NCBI RefSeq assembly: GCF_000150275.1
Contig: NW_002060949.1
Span: 4,512,844 to 4,576,843, forward strand
Direction of reading: 5' to 3'
DNA length: 64,000 nt
Source of the DNA: Trichoplax adhaerens
Lineage: Eukaryota > Animalia > Placozoa
Shown here one piece after another: positions 26,541-45,115 of this stretch (position 1 is its first letter; the number at the start of each line of letters is the position of its first letter). The notes beneath the pieces were generated by a model. That model ran no database searches. It was not told the DNA's origin and worked only from the letters and a program-made list of their open reading frames with translations. Made by a program: the position numbers and the translations under genes.

Positions 26541-29500
26541 TTACCCTTTAGTACATGTTTTTGCAATTCTTTTAGTAGGCTGAAAACTTTCGATAACCTC
26601 TTCTATACTTTTATCCTTTGTCTCAGGTAAGATGAAATAAACCGTGAAAGCAACAATTAGGCAGATACTGCTGAATATCCAAAAAGAACCATTACTACCA
26701 ACAGAATTAACCATATAAATGTAAATGTAAGACATGATAAAGAATAATGTATAAGAATATGCAGTTAGATAAGGTATAAGATTTCTTAAAAGACTTTTCG
26801 GTAGAATTTCAGGCAAGAGCACCCACGATACAGAAGCCCAGCCAAATGTGACAGAGATTGAGTATAATGCACCCCCTGCTACCGATAGCCAGTCTATTTG
26901 ATAGCCGGGTATATTCATATGTGAAGCAGCTGTTTGAAAATATAAACCAAATATAAAACTTCCAACGCACATCCCTATGCCTGAGATGATGAGAATGATT
27001 CGTCTCTTAAAATGATTAATTAACGGTATTGCTAACAAGGCACCCAGAACTCTGGCAAAACATATGCCAAGATTGATTTTTAAACTAAAATCAAACCCCG
27101 CTTTAATGTAGATCAATGGACTATATAATAGTAAAATACTTGCTCCCATTAGCGGTACAAACGAAATGATAGCAATCAAAGCCAGAAATGGTCTTAACAG
27201 TGATTGTAAGCGTAACCGCCTCCAAGTAATGCGCTCACTTTCTTCAATCTCTTGTTCAATTTTTCTTATTTCTATTTCTACGTCAACATCTTGTCCATGC
27301 AATTGCCTATTAGTTTCAATGATGGAAAGGTATACAAAAGGTTATTCAACATTTTTTAAAGTATTTCATCCAGTTAGTATGTAAGTTATAGTGCAACTAC
27401 AATGAGTATATTGATATCAAACATCTTCTGAATGTTCAACTAGGAATAATAAATCAAAGGTGCCAAATTTACTGTAATTAATTTATAATTTTACTATTAT
27501 GATTTCATAGCTAGCTAAGATATGCATAATATCTATTGCCACCCACACATGGAACGATATAAATTATAGCAATATGAAATATTCCATAAATTTAGGCGTG
27601 ATGCCTACAACTTAGGATATAAATGATAACAATAATAATAATCGGATTTATTAAAATATATACAGAACCTTAATGCTTTAGCTGCAATTTGTGGTTGGCC
27701 CTTTAAAATAAGCCATTTTGGTGATTGTGGCTGAAGGGATATTCCAATTGCATTGATCAAGGAACACGATGCACCTATTAGAGCCAAGTATCTCCAATGT
27801 AAGACTAAGGAGAGGCCACCACATACAGCACCTCCCAACATTGTTGCGACAGCCAGAGTATGAAGTAGAGGGCGCCTACTTGTCTCTGGTGAAACTTCTA
27901 ACATATAAATCTAGAATTGAATCATTCCAACATATATATAGTACTATAGTCAATAGAAAGTATACACCAGCAATGAAGGAAATTGATTATCTATTTCTAA
28001 AGGTTTTAAGTTTTACTACAAATAGCACTTGCATTACGGTTACTATAATAGAAGTTTGTGTTAACGATAGAACATATTCTCTGTTAAAACTTAAAGACGA
28101 AACATCAATTTGTAATTCGTCAACATCCGGTTTAATATTTTTAAGCAATAATGTATGCTCGTGTATTGTAATGAGTGTCTATCGTAATGGCTATTTCAGC
28201 GATCTCCAGTAGTAGGAGAAAGAACGAATGTGTCCGGAATATTCTGTAACATACGCGTAATTCAATTTTTACTGCATTTTCCCTAACAAGTCTACCATGG
28301 CTGTATTCTATGCTATTTTTGTATACCGGTATAGAGCGAAATCGATGAATGAAGAAAAATTAAGGGAAAGAATTTGCTTCTTTCATTTTAAGTTAGTATG
28401 TGGTATAAACGGTAGTTACGAAACAAGCCGATAAATAAATATATGGTATAGTATATACAACTGGATTAGGATCAGAATTAGATACTATCTTGATTTAGAT
28501 TATAATTGATGAGTTTAATATAGTTCATATTGGTGACTAGTCAAAATTTTTAAACTTTTAAAACTATTTATTAGTTTTAGTTATACCAAGTAGAGGGCAT
28601 CGTTTATTTTACAGCTAAGCACCAATAGCAAGGCTAGTCTGTTTTATAAGACTCTCCTCGTGTAAATTTAACTTACTGTGGCTGCTGTAGTTGTCGTCCC
28701 AACAGCAGTGCCAACCATAAATCTTCCGCCAATTAACCACGATGGATTTGTTCCATAAACCATGAATAGCCAGCCAAATAAGTGTGGAACACAAGATAGA
28801 ATCATCGTTGTTCTTCTACCTATCTGGTCTAGGAAGAAGCTAGCTATGATGGTGCCAATTGCCATCCCTAAGAAGATGATGGCCTAAGAACAAAAAAAAA
28901 AGGCTTATTATAATTATTATTGCTTATTGTAATTGTCAATAACGTTAATTTATTGTCGCTATATCGCAATTGATCTAATACTACCGTAGGTTTTAAGACT
29001 TTTTTATTCTATTCGTTCCTACATTTTACGTTATGTTCAATAGCATTTATAATACGATAAAAATCTCAAAAGCAACGTTCTTCAGTGCGAATTGCCTCTT
29101 GATAATTTAAAGAATAATCACGACACAGAAATCTCTATATTAAGCGCTACCGTAGATATCCTGTTTACAGTAAACTATTCACTTTGTCTAACCGATCTAC
29201 AAAAAGTTTTCGTAGAAAGGATCAAAGGTACTTTATATGCTAAGAGGGCAAAAAAGTAAAGTAATTGTTTATGATATAGTAGAGAAAAATCAAAATAAAA
29301 TCAAGAGTCAATTTATTTCGTTCTGAAAGTAGTTTAATACTGAATGTTAACTAATGTAAAATTTTCGGTATGATCATTACTTAAAAACGGGAGTTAATCA
29401 TTCTTGTCAAGGAATATACATATTAGATTGAAAATCTCCCTTACCGAATACAGGTAAATCGCACTTTGTGACATCTGCACTTGAGCAGAATAATCTTTTT

Positions 29501-29675
29501 CCATTAATTTAGGTATAACAGGAGCTGAATAATGAACTGCATATCCTTCTAGTAGACAAGTACATAATATAATTGTTACGATCATCCATATCGACTGGCG
29601 GCAACAAGTGTTTTGATGGATGGAAAGATCGTGTCCTTGAATATTTTTGTTAACGAGGCGATCGGTATCCGACAT
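26541..29675 (-). CDS. MFS sugar porter, GLUT6/8 / Tret1-like, ~481 aa, 4 exons
   Basis: Exons 29445-29675, 28677-28883, 27669-27910, 26541-27306 in frame. Motifs DQIGRR, GRFMVG, IYMLEVSP...R, PQSPKWL, PETKDKSIEE; multiple TM helices; N-terminal DTDRLV resembles a dileucine sorting signal. Confidence 0.92.
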
Positions 29676-31653
29676 TTTTATCGATCACTGTGATATTAAC
29701 TAGATGATGTAGTAAAAGTGAGCATTTTTAATAGTAGTCTAATTTGATGTAAAATGAATTAGTGTTCTTATATCGCGCCGATAGACCTTTGGAAGTTATT
29801 TTCGTTGAATGAGAAAGCTTTATCTAATGGGAATTTTTATTGTCTCTAGCCTGCAATAGTCGCTGCGATACTATGGAAACGTAGGGTAGGTAAAACCCAC
29901 TGTATTCCCAGTACGGCCTGAAAAAATTAAAAGCGTACAGTACGCCCATCCGCATATTTTACAACTAATGAATAACTTTTTCCCTTCTTGGGACACATAC
30001 GCGTATACTCGTATATACTATACAGTACTCATATCACATACTGTACATGCAAATATACACCATTGTCATCGTTTTCTTTCTGTACATGCGAATATATGAC
30101 AAGCTAAAAAATGTCTTATACGGTATTTATACGGAAACATACTATAACACGAACAATAGTTGTCCTATTTGTATAGGCCCATAAGTTTTCCTTTGAAAGT
30201 TTTTCACTACTCGTAAATTTGATTACTTTCGAAGTAGCATTAACGAAGTTTATTTATTTCTGTAGTCATACCAAAGCTTACGATTAATCGATTTGTTCCT
30301 TAAGTTATGTTTTCTAGAATTACATCATTTACAGTATACGGGTATAAATGATTTAGTTCTAGAAAAAAATAGTTTGAACGATAATTTATATCATTTGATC
30401 TTAATCTATCCAATGATCAATCAATCGTTATTATGCAAATCTATAAACTATATACGTAGTCTATACTTACTTTCTACATACAAATATTTATTGAATGAAT
30501 AATAACGCAATCCGTAATTTAGTGTCTTATAGCGGTGAATTATGTTAATTTACGGTACCGTACGTATGAAGAATCGGTAGCCGGACAGCAGTTCGAGCGT
30601 TCAATCTGATTAATTAATGAATGAATGAATTGCCCAGGCAATCTTATAATGGTTCACAGGGATTTATGTTCCAAGCTCTCGTTCAGCGAGTACATTAACT
30701 ATTCTTAATCATTTAACTACCTTGGTAGTGATTAATGCCGATTTATAAGAAACTAAATAGCAGGTAATCATACATGAGTATACAATTATTCAGCAAAGGG
30801 ATCTTATACATGTATATGCAACGTACATTCGTATTTATAGTTACAATGTACTGCACTGATGGATAAATTCGATTCTTATTTTAGTTATATACTCGTACAG
30901 TACTAATGTTCAAGATTGAGAGCCAAGAGTAGGTAGATATTTCTCCTTTTGTCGTTCCTTCAATCGCTCGGCTTCGATCTGCCGACTAGATGAATTAAAT
31001 TCCAAAAGAACGCTAAATGCAATAAATTTTCTAGTTCGCACTCTTACTACACTTATAAACTTATTTTCAAGAAACACACGCACCACCTATTGCACAGTCT
31101 GCAACAATGAACGCGGATCAAAGTTTATAATTCACTAGATCATTATATCCGTACACGCACACATGTATTCTTAAAGGACAATGTAGCTATTGATAGAGGT
31201 TTCCAAACTTTTCGTAAGTTGCGAATGATAACATCTAACGATCATTCAACTTCATATCATGAAAATACCCACGTGAATTTATTATTTACATTTTCAAAAA
31301 TACACTTATAATCTAATTATACTGCGTTAATCATTCAGGATATCAATTAGTTCATCATGGGCGTGCTAAAAAATCACATTTTAACCGTATGCTAATTGAA
31401 AGATAAAAGGATTGCTACTGCTGTTATTACCAGCTCGAGACAATAATACTTACAATATTTAACTTAGAATCTTAGATTAAATTATCATGACATATAGTAA
31501 CCATGGCACATATACTTTCTTGACCGAGCCGCTTATTTATAAGCGACAATAATATTGAAGACGAACATGGTCGATATCTTTACTACCTAATCTACAAATC
31601 GCAGTGGAATGTCAAAGGAAGTCAACGTGTTTACCGATGTCGACAAAAACATT

Positions 31654-36654
<5,001 letters not shown>

Positions 36655-37859
36655 GATGCAGCCGGTTGAAGTTGGACGAACACTTGTGTTTTGTGTGTGC
36701 TAATTTTGATGGGGCAAATGTATTAATATAATTCGATATAGCAGTCACCTATTGCCATGCAATAATGACCAACTTTGGCTGTCAGAATGGCAGAATTAAC
36801 CTTATAGAACTGGTAAGGAAAGCCCAAAGTAAAGCTAGAGATAAATGTGAAATGCGATCACCTTGTGGACTGGATGCGGACCTTTAATTAAATGACTCTT
36901 GATTGTAAGTGGATGTATGGAGATGAAGGAAAAGATTGCGACGTCACTTGATCGATTCGATAGGCACCTTGGTGCACAACAAGAAGTGCTGATAGTGAAC
37001 TTGATACAGTCTAATCCTTGACTAGTGTATCATGTTCTCTAAAGTCTTGATTGAGTATGAAGTATTCAACATAAGGCGATGTCTGGAAGCGAACTATCTC
37101 GCATCAACAAGCATCCAGCGATCCATTCTTCTCTTCGCGCCAAATTGAGTACCACGTGAAGATTAATCCAATCAATGATGGCCAAATAAACGCAAGCGCA
37201 GTCATTACACGGTGACCTCCTATTTCTGACTCAATTCCTGTTATTGTTTCCCGCCATCTAATACAATCACATCACGTGATAGGAGTGCTATACAAGCACC
37301 TCTTCAAGTGTCATGTCATTGGTTGAATTGATCTGGCGCAAAAATTAAAAATTCAAGACCTAACCACCAATTGCAGGAGCCTGCTGGAGGGTATAAGTTT
37401 GGTTGAGATTTGCAAATATATCGAAGAGAGTCGTGATTAGAATGCTAAAATTTGGCTAGATCATACTCAAATTAACTGGCAGGAAGGCGTTGAAGACAAG
37501 AATAATTTATCTTTGATAGAGGGCTTACTGGATATAAGTATAGAGGTTTGTAAATTGAGTAAACGTACTAGGTGAGCGACCAAATTAGCCCTTCCTCAGG
37601 CTTTATGTATGAACGCTTATGGGATAGTTTCCTCAACGATTAATACACGTATATGAATTATTTTCAAGCTATCCTATTTCAGAACGACCCTTGAAGTAGC
37701 AAATTATCATCGTATTAAATAGCTGATATCAAATTTTCAATGTAACTGAATTAATACGAAAAGAAATTGTATTGAAAAATTTTAATATTGGATTACTATT
37801 AATATTATTAATCGAAGATTGGACGTATATTACCTATTGCATATTAAGTTAACGTAAGG
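36655..37859. promoter_or_regulatory. Putative bidirectional cell-cycle promoter shared by MCM3 and the Emi-like gene
   Basis: E2F-like TTCGCGCCAAA 37134-37144, TTTCCCGCC 37247-37255, TGGCGCAAAA 37334-37343; CCAAT/ATTGG 37168, 37318, 37367; CACGTG 37153 and 37273. Confidence 0.7.
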
Positions 37860-39914
37860 ATGACCTCGAAATCTATCGACGATAGCCATAGTAAATATTC
37901 CAATGCAAATGAAAGCATCGATCGTCAGCAACACTGTCAAGACATAGATGATGACGTGATCGATGAAGAGAGTCATCACCAGTTGGTCGATGCTATTACA
38001 CCCATTTATACTGCTAACTCGATGCAAAAAAATTATTATTATAGTACTAGTACACCTGAATGCTTTACACCGTCATATGTTGAAGACAGTTTCCATAAAA
38101 ATGATTCAAGTAAGCGCAAACTAGTGGAATCGGAAATTGCAAGTAGTTGCTTGTCTTTCCGTGACAGCGGATATAACAGTCAAAGTCAAGAACTTATAAA
38201 TAGCAAGCTTATAGGAAGTCGAATTGGCGAAGAAACCATTGACTTTATTACTGAATTAGCTAAAATTAATTGCTTCTACGTTTGCAACAAGATTATGGCT
38301 TTCTTGAATGAAAAGGACCTAGTTAGGTAAAAATTGACAAGAATTTACAATTAATTAATTTTTTCTTATTTGTCATGCATAACCATTGCGTATAGCCGTA
38401 TTTCCGACTTGTTGATCGCTTGCAGCTAAAATATGTGAGATATCACTTAGGCTTGCAAAAAAGGTGTTTAGTATATCATTGACATCGCTAGAACAGTAAA
38501 AATACTTCCAAATAAACATTCATCTTGATTATGCCATACTGTACAAGTAGTTCATGCTAGGCTGACAAGATATATTTGCTGAGCAGAAAATAATACGGCG
38601 TACCACGATATCAATATATTCGTATACGTCGTAGTATCTATATTGATTGAATAATTCATGCAAGCGCTCATATACTGTACTATAAATTGCTGTCATAAAC
38701 AACTCGTTTTACGTATTGCTGTATCGTTGATCTACAGGCGCCCTTAGATAGATGATCACTCCTCTAATTATAGTTATCGAACGAATATGAAGAAATAGTG
38801 TAATGTTTCATAATAATATTTAATAACGGTGCCTAAAGTATTTTGAACTATACCAATACTATAGATTGTAGAAAGAGTATCGCCGCAAGTAATGGAGTAT
38901 TTGGATGACCACGAGGACTATTTTAGTAGTAATCGATGGTTGTAACTATTTACGTATCGTACGAACTATGTTGCTCATTTCGACAGTACATCCTTATTTA
39001 GAAAAAAAAATTACCTTTCAATGATATCGTCATCAACTACAGTACGAAAGCATCTTAGTATAACATGTAGAGACTATTACGTATGGTGACGGCTTAAGAT
39101 TATTGCCACATTTGCATAAAAATGTTGGAAAAGGAGTTACCTTATAGTGTGGTCAATGCAGTAAAAGAAGATGATATCCGAATTAGTCAATCATGACTAA
39201 TCATGACTGCTTTCATCGTCAAAGTTACAATCGTATAGCATTATAGTAAAAGTTATGAAAAACCTTCTAACTGTGAATTAATTCAAAAATTAAAACGACC
39301 ATGATAACTTTATATGGAGTTTCTACTTGAAATAATTTTAACAAAATTTTTCTGTTATATTGGACTATTCTAGATTTGCAACTGTGAATCGAGATTGGCG
39401 ACAGGTATGCTTACAAGATTATATAAGCAATAAGAAACGACGATTGTACCTTAGTCATAGGCGCCATAACAATCTTGGTGTAGAGAATTCTTTGGCTCGC
39501 ATGAAATTATACAAAACACCTCAACCATTGATGACAACTCCAGTTGGAAATGAAAGAACGCCTTTAAGTGAGATACAATATTCGGCATTAAAGGAAAGTT
39601 GTACTGTTAGCAGCGAAAGATTTCAACGCAAGCCAGAAGTTAAATCGCCACTAGAAAGTTATCGTCATTGCCCTGGATGCAGTTCACCATCTTTAGAGTA
39701 TGGCGATTATAGTCGATGCTCTCAATGTAATTTAGAATTTTGTAACAAATGTAGTAAAAATATGAAATTTCATGATCAACATACTTGTACAGCTAATCTA
39801 ACACCTGGCCAATACTCTAGTATGCCTCAATCTAAATTGGCTAGAGCACGTCCGAAGGGAAATAAAGCAGTGATAGGAAGTAGTATTGTTAAAAAAAGAC
39901 TTCGTCGTTTGTGA
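37860..39914 (+). CDS. F-box/ZBR APC/C inhibitor, Emi1/Emi2 (FBXO5/FBXO43) family, ~335 aa, 2 coding exons
   Basis: Exons 37860-38326 and 39374-39914. DSGYNS beta-TrCP degron, F-box (KIMAFLNEKDLVRFATVNRDWRQV), D-box RTPLSEIQ, ZBR CPGC...CSQCNLEFCNKC...H, C-terminal RL tail KKRLRRL*. Confidence 0.93.
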
Positions 39915-41303
39915 TTAGGTTTATATATTTTCAAAGAACTAGCTGACTTTTATACAAAGGTAAATGATGACAGCAAAATCGTAATTGCTTTCAGTAAATA
40001 TGCTATTTTCTATTGCGCAATGTTTATAATTATTTATATGTCTTCATAATTATTATCAAATTTTATTGTCAATGGTGATTAATTTAAAATAATGTATCAT
40101 TTACATTGCATATTTTTTTTTCCAAATAAGGAATAAAGGAGCCAACAAACATAATAAAATGAAATTTTGCAATATTGTAGATATTTCATGTAGTAAATTT
40201 CTAAAATAATCGCAAAAGAACGCCTACAGTGCATCAGTAGGTGTAAGTAACATACGTGTCCCTGTATTAGCTGTATCTATATGACATTGTGTCTAACGTC
40301 GCTCAATTAGGAAATACAATTTACACCTAGTATTGCAAATTGAACTTGCGAGTATAAATATTTTGCATTATACTATATCTTTCATCAAAATCTCGTTTCC
40401 TGAGCAAAATAATCTTAGACTTATATATAGAGACCGATGTACTGTACTGTATACTACCATAATAATAATGAAGGGTATTCGTTCAGCACGATTTTCAAGT
40501 GCTAGAACTGTTCACAGCTCAGAAATTCTCCAATATACGGTATAATTAATTCTGGCGATAAATTTTCTAGATTTGCTTTAAACTAGAAGTTAGAATTCAT
40601 CCATGGGATCTATAGTTATATGACGGACATTTTACAGCTTTCTAAACGGTATAATTGCATACTTTATTATAAGATATTTCTAAATCAATTGCTTTCTCGG
40701 TTTAATAGTGAATAAAAGTTTTCCTTTACATCAATATAATGAAATCAACAGACAAAAATCTCCTGATATAAAATCGAGTACAGTAATAATGTCGATACAG
40801 CATTAAAGATTGAAATTCAACTAGTAGAAATAGCAAAAACTACAGTTTTGACGCAAGAGCACAATATAGTTATGTAGCTCCGAAATCGTCTCATATTTTG
40901 CGCGTACATCAAATAGTTGAGCTGCTATTACTTGCAATATTTTCTGTCAATAAATTAGGCGATTGATTCTGTAACTAATACCTCTTTTTTATGTAATAGT
41001 GTATGTATATTAACTTTAACTGTGATGTATTAGTATTATCACAATAACTAAAGATACCTAACTTTAGATCGAAACGGATATATGATTAATATCAGTAGCG
41101 GAACGATAGCCGTTTCAGCATGAATTTTTTTATCTGTTCCTAAAAACCATATATATTATTTGATGAAAGAAAATAATCTATATAAACATTAAAATAACAT
41201 CAATCTTAGTTTGATTCTCAGTAACACAGTAGCATATTTTAAATGTTTCTAATTGCTAGAACGTATACATGTGTATCTTACAATACTGATAATAAAAAAC
41301 TTC

Positions 41304-44300
41304 TTAACAGTACTTTGGTAGCGGCGGGACCTCTGGCACGGAATACAGTGTAAAGCTATTAGCTAAGTATTGTTTAGTATCTTCTTCAGTGAGCTCAAAA
41401 CTTGATTGTATACTCGTTTGGTTATTACCAACTGTAGGCTGGAGTGATTGTGGTGAATGGGTAAAATTTGATGGTTGTTGTGTTGGGCTCATCGTCGATT
41501 CTGGTTTTTGATTAAAAAATGAGCGATCTTGTTGAAGAAAGGATCCCATGCCTTGTTGCGTGTTATTACTTGACATGGAAGGTTGTATATTATTGACTGG
41601 CGTTTGTTGCAAAGTATTAACAGGATTGAAAGGATTGTTCTGTGAAATATTTGAAGAAAACATGGACTGTTGCTGCTGTTGACCAAACCCACCTAAATTT
41701 GGCGTCGTCTATTACGATTGTACAATAATTTCAAATTTTAAGATTTTAAAAGCATAGTAGTAAACAAATGAAGTATCCATAAAAACTTGACTATTTTAAT
41801 ATCAGTATGACGTATGACCTGATTAAATGGATTTTCTGATTTCTTTTCAAAGGGATTCTGAAGTAAATTTTTAACACCTAAATTAATTAGGGAACCGATA
41901 TAACTACTTCGTCAAAACTGGCTACTAAGGTATAATATTGTAAGATCAATAAAAATGAAGTAATTCACCTGTAGTAGGGAATCCCCCCAAACTGCGTTGG
42001 TTATTATTATCAAATCTAGAGTTACTATCGCTTTCGTTAAATTTACTAGATCCAGCCAGCTTAACCTGAAACGTAATTCACTAAAATAAATCTGATATCC
42101 CTTCATACGAGATATTAGATGAACACAAATAATTTTAAAGGTATTGCAGATAATCTTACAACTCCGTCTTGGTCATTTTTGGGAATATTATGCAAATATT
42201 GTCTCTTCTCTTTTACTTGATTCATTAAATGCATTAGTACAGTTTGCTGCGGATACACAAACAATTTTACTATTAGAATCTCTAAGCAACTGCTAGGAGA
42301 GTTTATCTTTCCATCAAAAGAGTTCTAGCGCTAAGTTTATTATTTGCATGATATCGCCTTTATCTACATCTTACATATTGGCCAAAGTTGTTACTGGCAT
42401 TGGCTACATAAGCCTCCCATCGTATCTCTTCCATTGAATATTCTGGGAATTCTAGTAGATTAATTATTCAATCAATCAGAATTGTTAGTACCAGTTGAGA
42501 ATAGCACGTCCAGGAAACATCTACTTGGCACTAATATCAGACTTATCAGTGTGCATTTAAAGGAGTGTTTTTGTTTCAATAATTAATATACACGTAAAAA
42601 ATTACCCGCTAAACAGGCTTTAGTTCCTACAAATGCATAGCAACTTAAAGGCCAGACGAGAGATTGATTTTGTTCGTCTATATCTTTCCTGATTGTTTGC
42701 CTATTAATCAATAGCCACGACAATATAATTTCTTATAAACGCTTACTTTTGAAGGATTTAGATATAATGGAAGCAGAAAGTAAATCTGTTTCCTATTTGA
42801 CTTAGTTTTTACGTTGTAGACTAATAGTAAAACTGATATAATCCTACTTGCTGTAGTAACTATGCCATGAAAACACATCTATATCAAAACTGTTAGTTAT
42901 AATACATAATAATAAGTACATTAACATCTTCACTTACAATACATTTTGCCTAGTGAAAAGTGAGTTGCCCGCAGCATCGTTCCTTTGATTGTCTCTACTA
43001 TGGTCATAATTCTAGAAAATAAGAAGAAAAACAAATTACTTTTATAACTGTATATCAATATCCTTCTATTAGACACTAAGTCATAATTAATCCGCATACG
43101 CTACAGCTCTTTATGCTTACTCTATTATATGTATAGTTCTCGTTAGGTTTCTGTTGCGTGCCTTTGCTATATCCGCCTAGACATGATAACGATACAATTA
43201 TAGAATTTCTAAGGTTAGACGAACTGTCGAACAGTAATATATGGCGATCGTAAAACGAAATTCTTATGTCGTCATATACTACTGTATATCGTATCTTCAT
43301 TACATTACAGTAGTTAAATCCATCAATACTTTAGCAGCATTTTTCGAAGCATTGATAGTTTAATTTATTTAGGCTTATACTACAAATGCTTTAGTAACAT
43401 CTGATTAGAGACGGCCATCACTACTATCAAGATGTTTGATAATAACGATAGTATTTTAATCGTTCCTCTGAGGTTTTTAGTGTACGCGTACATCTCTCAA
43501 TTTCTAATCAAATCGGAAAACTTGCAAGTTATGCACCATAGTAACATTTTCACTGTTGCTAAATTATTTCATTACGCATGCAGCGGAAGATATTACATGT
43601 CGTGAAAATAGCACTTTTTTACTATCATCCAAAGTAACAATTTATACAGTTCTAGAAATCATCAAAATACCAACGTTAATAGGGTTTAACTCTGATTCAT
43701 TCAGTAAATGTAAGGGTCGTAGTATAAGAATTTCAAATTGCAATTACATCAATAGCCAATGCATAATATAGTCATGCCAGCTAGAAATACTAATATGGGA
43801 AGTATTTCTAGCAGTTTACGGGGCGATTACTGCTGCCTGTAATACTAACTGAATATTTTTAAATGACTAGCTATTCATAATGAATAAAACTAGTTTTCAT
43901 TTTAAAGTAAATGCTTGGATTTATTACTACAGTGCGAGTATATCATCTACTAGCATAGACTGCCACATTCAAGCAGTACCAATCGATGTACAGCCAGAAA
44001 AGGCATCGTATAGCACCTTCTATACCACGCCAACTAGTAGCTATCTGATGCTATCAATTAATTATTTATCTTTGCACTATTCTACCATCAGTCTTTTAAG
44101 TAGTGATGTACTGCATACCTAGTGATGAAAAGTAGAGTACGTCGATATTGATTAGCTATATCTAACCCTTGCAGCAAAGTTAGCCAATTTTAACGATTAA
44201 TGATGAATAAACCCAACGAAATCTTATGATGAAAACGATTTGTATTCTTTTATTAAATCTAAATCCTATCCTAACTTATTCTTCATAGTCCTACATCTTT

Positions 44301-44387
44301 TGGCTATTCCTACCCACCTGGATGCTCGAATTTGCAATTATTACCAAAGCGGCAAAAGCCTCGCATGTAATACTTACATACGGTCAT
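41304..44387 (-). CDS. NUP42: Nucleoporin NUP42 (NUPL2/hCG1)-like, ~339 aa, 9 exons
   Basis: Exons 44318-44387, 43121-43176, 42938-43011, 42606-42700, 42375-42451, 42160-42246, 41969-42065, 41819-41877, 41304-41708. N-terminal CCCH finger MTVCKYYMRGFCRFGNNCKFEHP, WPLSCY, YSMEEIRWEAY, and a C-terminal Gle1-binding-like FTLYSVPEVPP. Confidence 0.88.
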
Positions 44388-44649
44388 GATCGAATATTAC
44401 ACGTAGGAGAGTTAAAAATAGGAATTTGCCTAAATCAATTTGTAAATACAAGTGGATAGTAGGCCAGTCTACTACTTTATGTGTTATCCAATGAACTTGC
44501 AGCGGCCCAAGTCCAATTAATTATAGCAATAGAGGCAGGGACAGTCAATTAAAAGTAGACATAAGTCACTTTTAGCCCACAAAATCGAAACAAAACTCAT
44601 CCAGACCTCACCGGCTCAAAGTTCAGGGAAATCCTTTCTGGGTTAAAGC

Positions 44650-45115
44650 ATAGTACAGTACATACTGCACTACAGTAAGTGTTGGATAGCGGTTCGATGT
44701 ACTGTACTGTACAGTGCTGTAGTCAGTCCAACAAACTACAATACTGTCCGCCACAGTCATCGAAAATCAAAGTACTGTACAGTAAGAATGCTACAGCGCA
44801 CGCGTTACTGGACGACCGCACAGTACTTTTTTACTTTACTGTACTGTACTGTACTGTACAGTACTGTAAGTGTTGCATAGCGGTTCGATGTACTGTACAG
44901 TGTACAGTACAGTAGTCAGTCCAACAAACTACAGTACTGTACAGTACAGTGTACTGTCCGCCACAGTCATCGAAAATCACAGTACTGTACACTGTACAGT
45001 GTACAGTACAGTAAGAATACTATAGCGCATGCGCGACCGGACGACCGCACAGTACTTTTTTACTTTACTGTACAGTGTACAGTACATTTCACCATACTGT
45101 ACTGTACTCTACTGT
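44650..45115. repeat. Two-copy ~190-bp tandem duplication riddled with TA-CWG-TA / TA-CASTG-TA units, upstream of NUP42
   Basis: Copies begin atagcggttcgatg at 44686 and 44877 and share gtcagtccaacaaac, tccgccacagtcatcgaaaatc and ggacgaccgcacagtacttttttacttt; they differ mainly by inserted footprint-like units. Confidence 0.92.

Noticed and set aside
44686-44835. GGTTCGA B-box-like motif followed by a T6 run (tRNA/SINE?)
   Set aside because: No A-box or cloverleaf; lacks the terminal CC of the B-box.
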